Virus record (IMG/VR): IMGVR_UViG_2534681674_000025 | Source: a virus | Taxonomy: Duplodnaviria > Heunggongvirae > Uroviricota > Caudoviricetes | Reading direction: 5' to 3' (one strand) | Length of the DNA stretch: 35,774 nt | Shown here: positions 34,030 through 35,774 of the stretch, piece after piece | Numbering within the stretch: position 1 is the stretch's first letter | Layout: each line of letters begins with the position of its first letter | The notes under the pieces: model-generated | What the model was told of the DNA's origin: nothing | Databases searched by the model: none | The model's input: the letters and a program-made list of their open reading frames with translations, nothing else | Program-made: the position numbers and the translations under genes

Positions 34030-35139
34030 ATGACCGATACCACCATGCAATTGCTCAGTCAGGGCACAGACCCCGTGAAAATGCCGGATTTTGATATTCT
34101 CGCGGAGGGTAAAACGCTGTCAGGCGTGGCAGAGCGCCTGATGAGCCTGTCACTGACCGACAACCGGGGATTTGAGGCGGACCAGCTCACCATCACGCTG
34201 GATGATGCGGATGGTCAGTTGCAGCTACCGCCACGGGGCGCGCGCCTGACGGTTCTCATTGGCTGGAAAGGAGAACCGCTGACAGAAAAAGGCACTTACA
34301 TTGTTGATGAAATCGCTCACGAAGGACCGCCGGACAGGCTGACTGTTTCAGCCAGAAGCGCAGATTTTCGGGATGAATTTAACGTTAAACGTGAGGTGTC
34401 CTGGCATGATGTGACCGTTGAGCGCGTGGTATCTGCCATCGCTCATCGGTACGGTCTGAAACCGCAAATCAGCGAAATGCTGATGGATATCGAAATCGAC
34501 CACGCCGACCAGACCGAAGAAAGCGATATGTCCTTCCTTACGCGCATGGCGGAAATGCTGGGCGCAATCACCACGGTAAAAAGCGGCAATCTGTTATTCA
34601 TCATGCCAGGTGGTGGCGTGAACGCACAGGGCCAGCCGTTGCCCTCGTTCGCCATTACACGCAGCAGCGGCGATCGCCATCAGTTCCGTATTGCTGACCG
34701 CGAGGCGTATACGGGGGTACGCGCCTACTGGCTTGATCTTAATTACGGGAAAAAGAAAAAAGTCAGCGTGAAACGCCGTAAACCGCCAAAACCCAAAAAG
34801 GAGAAAAGCAGCAGCCGTGAAGGTGATTATATGGAAGGCGCGGAAGGCAATGTGTTTGTGTTACGCAAGACTTATCAGAACGAGCAGGCAGCAAGACGCG
34901 CAGCGGCGGCAAAGTGGCAGCAGCTACAACGCGGAGCCGCATCATTCTCCATCACGCTGGCATGTGGTCGTGCAGAACTCTACCCCGAAATGCATGGCAC
35001 GGTAACAGGATTTAAAAGCGAGATTGATAATCAGGACTGGATTATTGCAAAAGCCGAGCACACCATCGATAACAGCGGCTTTACCACGCAGCTTGAGCTT
35101 GAGGCAAAAATCTCGGAATGGATAGCAGAAACAGAGTGA
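34030..35139 (+). CDS. D: Tail protein D homologue (369 aa)
   Basis: AGGGAGG RBS before ATG 34030; size near P2 gpD (387 aa); followed by ogr. Confidence 0.88.
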   Translation: MTDTTMQLLSQGTDPVKMPDFDILAEGKTLSGVAERLMSLSLTDNRGFEADQLTITLDDADGQLQLPPRGARLTVLIGWKGEPLTEKGTYIVDEIAHEGPPDRLTVSARSADFRDEFNVKREVSWHDVTVERVVSAIAHRYGLKPQISEMLMDIEIDHADQTEESDMSFLTRMAEMLGAITTVKSGNLLFIMPGGGVNAQGQPLPSFAITRSSGDRHQFRIADREAYTGVRAYWLDLNYGKKKKVSVKRRKPPKPKKEKSSSREGDYMEGAEGNVFVLRKTYQNEQAARRAAAAKWQQLQRGAASFSITLACGRAELYPEMHGTVTGFKSEIDNQDWIIAKAEHTIDNSGFTTQLELEAKISEWIAETE

Positions 35140-35181
35140 GCAACTTAGAATAGCAGCAGCACCACGTTAAGGGAGGTCGCT

Positions 35182-35442
35182 ATGTTCCGTTGTCCGCTTT
35201 GTGGCGCATCTGCCCGTATCCGCACCAGTCGTCCTGAAAATGATTCAAACACCGTGCGGCAAAAGTATTACCAGTGTAACAACCTGGAATGCGGCGTATG
35301 CTTCTCAACACTGGAAGCTTTCCATAAATTCACATCAAAACACACCTCCGGCGTTCACTCTTCAGAAGGTATCCCGTGGCATGAGCTGCCAGCTTCACAC
35401 AGGGGAAACAATCAGATGAGTTTGCCTTTACCTCAGAATTAA
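35182..35442 (+). CDS. ogr: Ogr/Delta-family zinc-finger late transcription activator (86 aa)
   Basis: MFRCPLCGASARIRTSR...YYQCNNLECGVCF parallels P2 Ogr (MFHCPLC...HQCQNVNCSATF) with a CxxC...CxxC zinc finger. Confidence 0.88.
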   Translation: MFRCPLCGASARIRTSRPENDSNTVRQKYYQCNNLECGVCFSTLEAFHKFTSKHTSGVHSSEGIPWHELPASHRGNNQMSLPLPQN

Positions 35443-35633
35443 CAGGCAGAATTGCCGGAGTAACAAAAAAGCGATAGATTACGCGCGGGTGCCTTTCGGC
35501 TGATGGTCGGAGGGAATACCCGAAGGCCAGATGTGGAAAGGCCCCGGAAAACATTTCTGTTTAACCGAGGCCCTAACATATCTACCTTAAGCAAGTGATA
35601 GGTTAGCGCCTCTCCAACAAAGGAGCAAGCGCT

Positions 35634-35774
35634 ATGTCGCAAAAATCGCTTACGGCCATCACGTTCTGCGTGACGGTAATCCTCATCATCTGGATGCTAC
35701 ACGGTTCGCTGTGTGAAATACGGATGAGCTTCTGGGGAGCGGAGTTTGCGGCGTTCTTACAGTGTAAGCAGTAA
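35634..35774 (+). CDS. hok: Hok/Gef-family type I toxin (46 aa: MSQKSLTAITFCVTVILIIWMLHGSLCEIRMSFWGAEFAAFLQCKQ)
   Basis: N-terminal transmembrane helix followed by the family signature SLCEIR...E.AAF; AAGGAG RBS 8 nt upstream; below the ORF-track cut-off, read from the sequence; stop codon is the last 3 bases of the window. Confidence 0.75.
   Translation: MSQKSLTAITFCVTVILIIWMLHGSLCEIRMSFWGAEFAAFLQCKQ

Larger units (their letters stand above)
1..35442. mobile_element. P2-like (Peduovirus-type) prophage, near-complete; attL lies left of the window, attR not resolved
   Basis: P2-type gene order: int / C-like repressor / cox-like / A; Q-P divergent from O-N-M-L-X; lysis cassette; R-S-V-W-J-I-H-G; sheath, tube, tape measure, U; D; ogr. 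Protein lengths match P2 homologues as recalled. Confidence 0.85.

Noticed and set aside
35500-35633. mok-like overlapping reading frame upstream of hok
   Set aside because: All frames overlapping the hok start terminate within about 20 codons; no mok-sized ORF is present, so none was annotated.
1-35774. tRNA or rRNA genes, or a clearly resolved att site
   Set aside because: No cloverleaf-like conserved tRNA features or rRNA-like segments were recognised, and without the left flank the att core cannot be identified by direct-repeat comparison.

Overview
The window is a near-complete P2-like (Peduovirus-type) temperate myovirus prophage, probably from Escherichia/Shigella (an IS629 copy and a NanS-p-like esterase gene are both typical of E. 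coli; this host call is inference). Layout, left to right: integrase (1-1002, -), an AT-rich two-gene cargo and an XRE-type immunity repressor (all -); a divergent early operon ending in the rolling-circle replication initiator A (5028-7850, +); an accessory hotspot between A and the portal carrying a ParM/ParR actin-like module, two unknown ORFs and an IS629 insertion; a non-coding region that should hold cos; portal Q and terminase P (-); capsid, lysis, tail-completion, baseplate and tail-fibre genes (+); an AT-rich hexapeptide acetyltransferase moron (-); the sheath/tube/chaperone/tape-measure/U block (FI-FII-E/E'-T-U) on the minus strand, i.e. inverted relative to canonical P2 order as I recall it; then D and ogr (+); and a Hok/Gef-family toxin gene at the right edge. 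Three lesions suggest a decaying prophage: an in-frame ochre codon in the portal gene, a 171-bp in-frame insertion carrying an amber codon in tail gene S, and the IS629 insertion. No rRNA, tRNA or CRISPR array was seen. All functional calls rest on motif recognition and synteny from memory; no database search was possible, and attL, attR and cos were not pinpointed.
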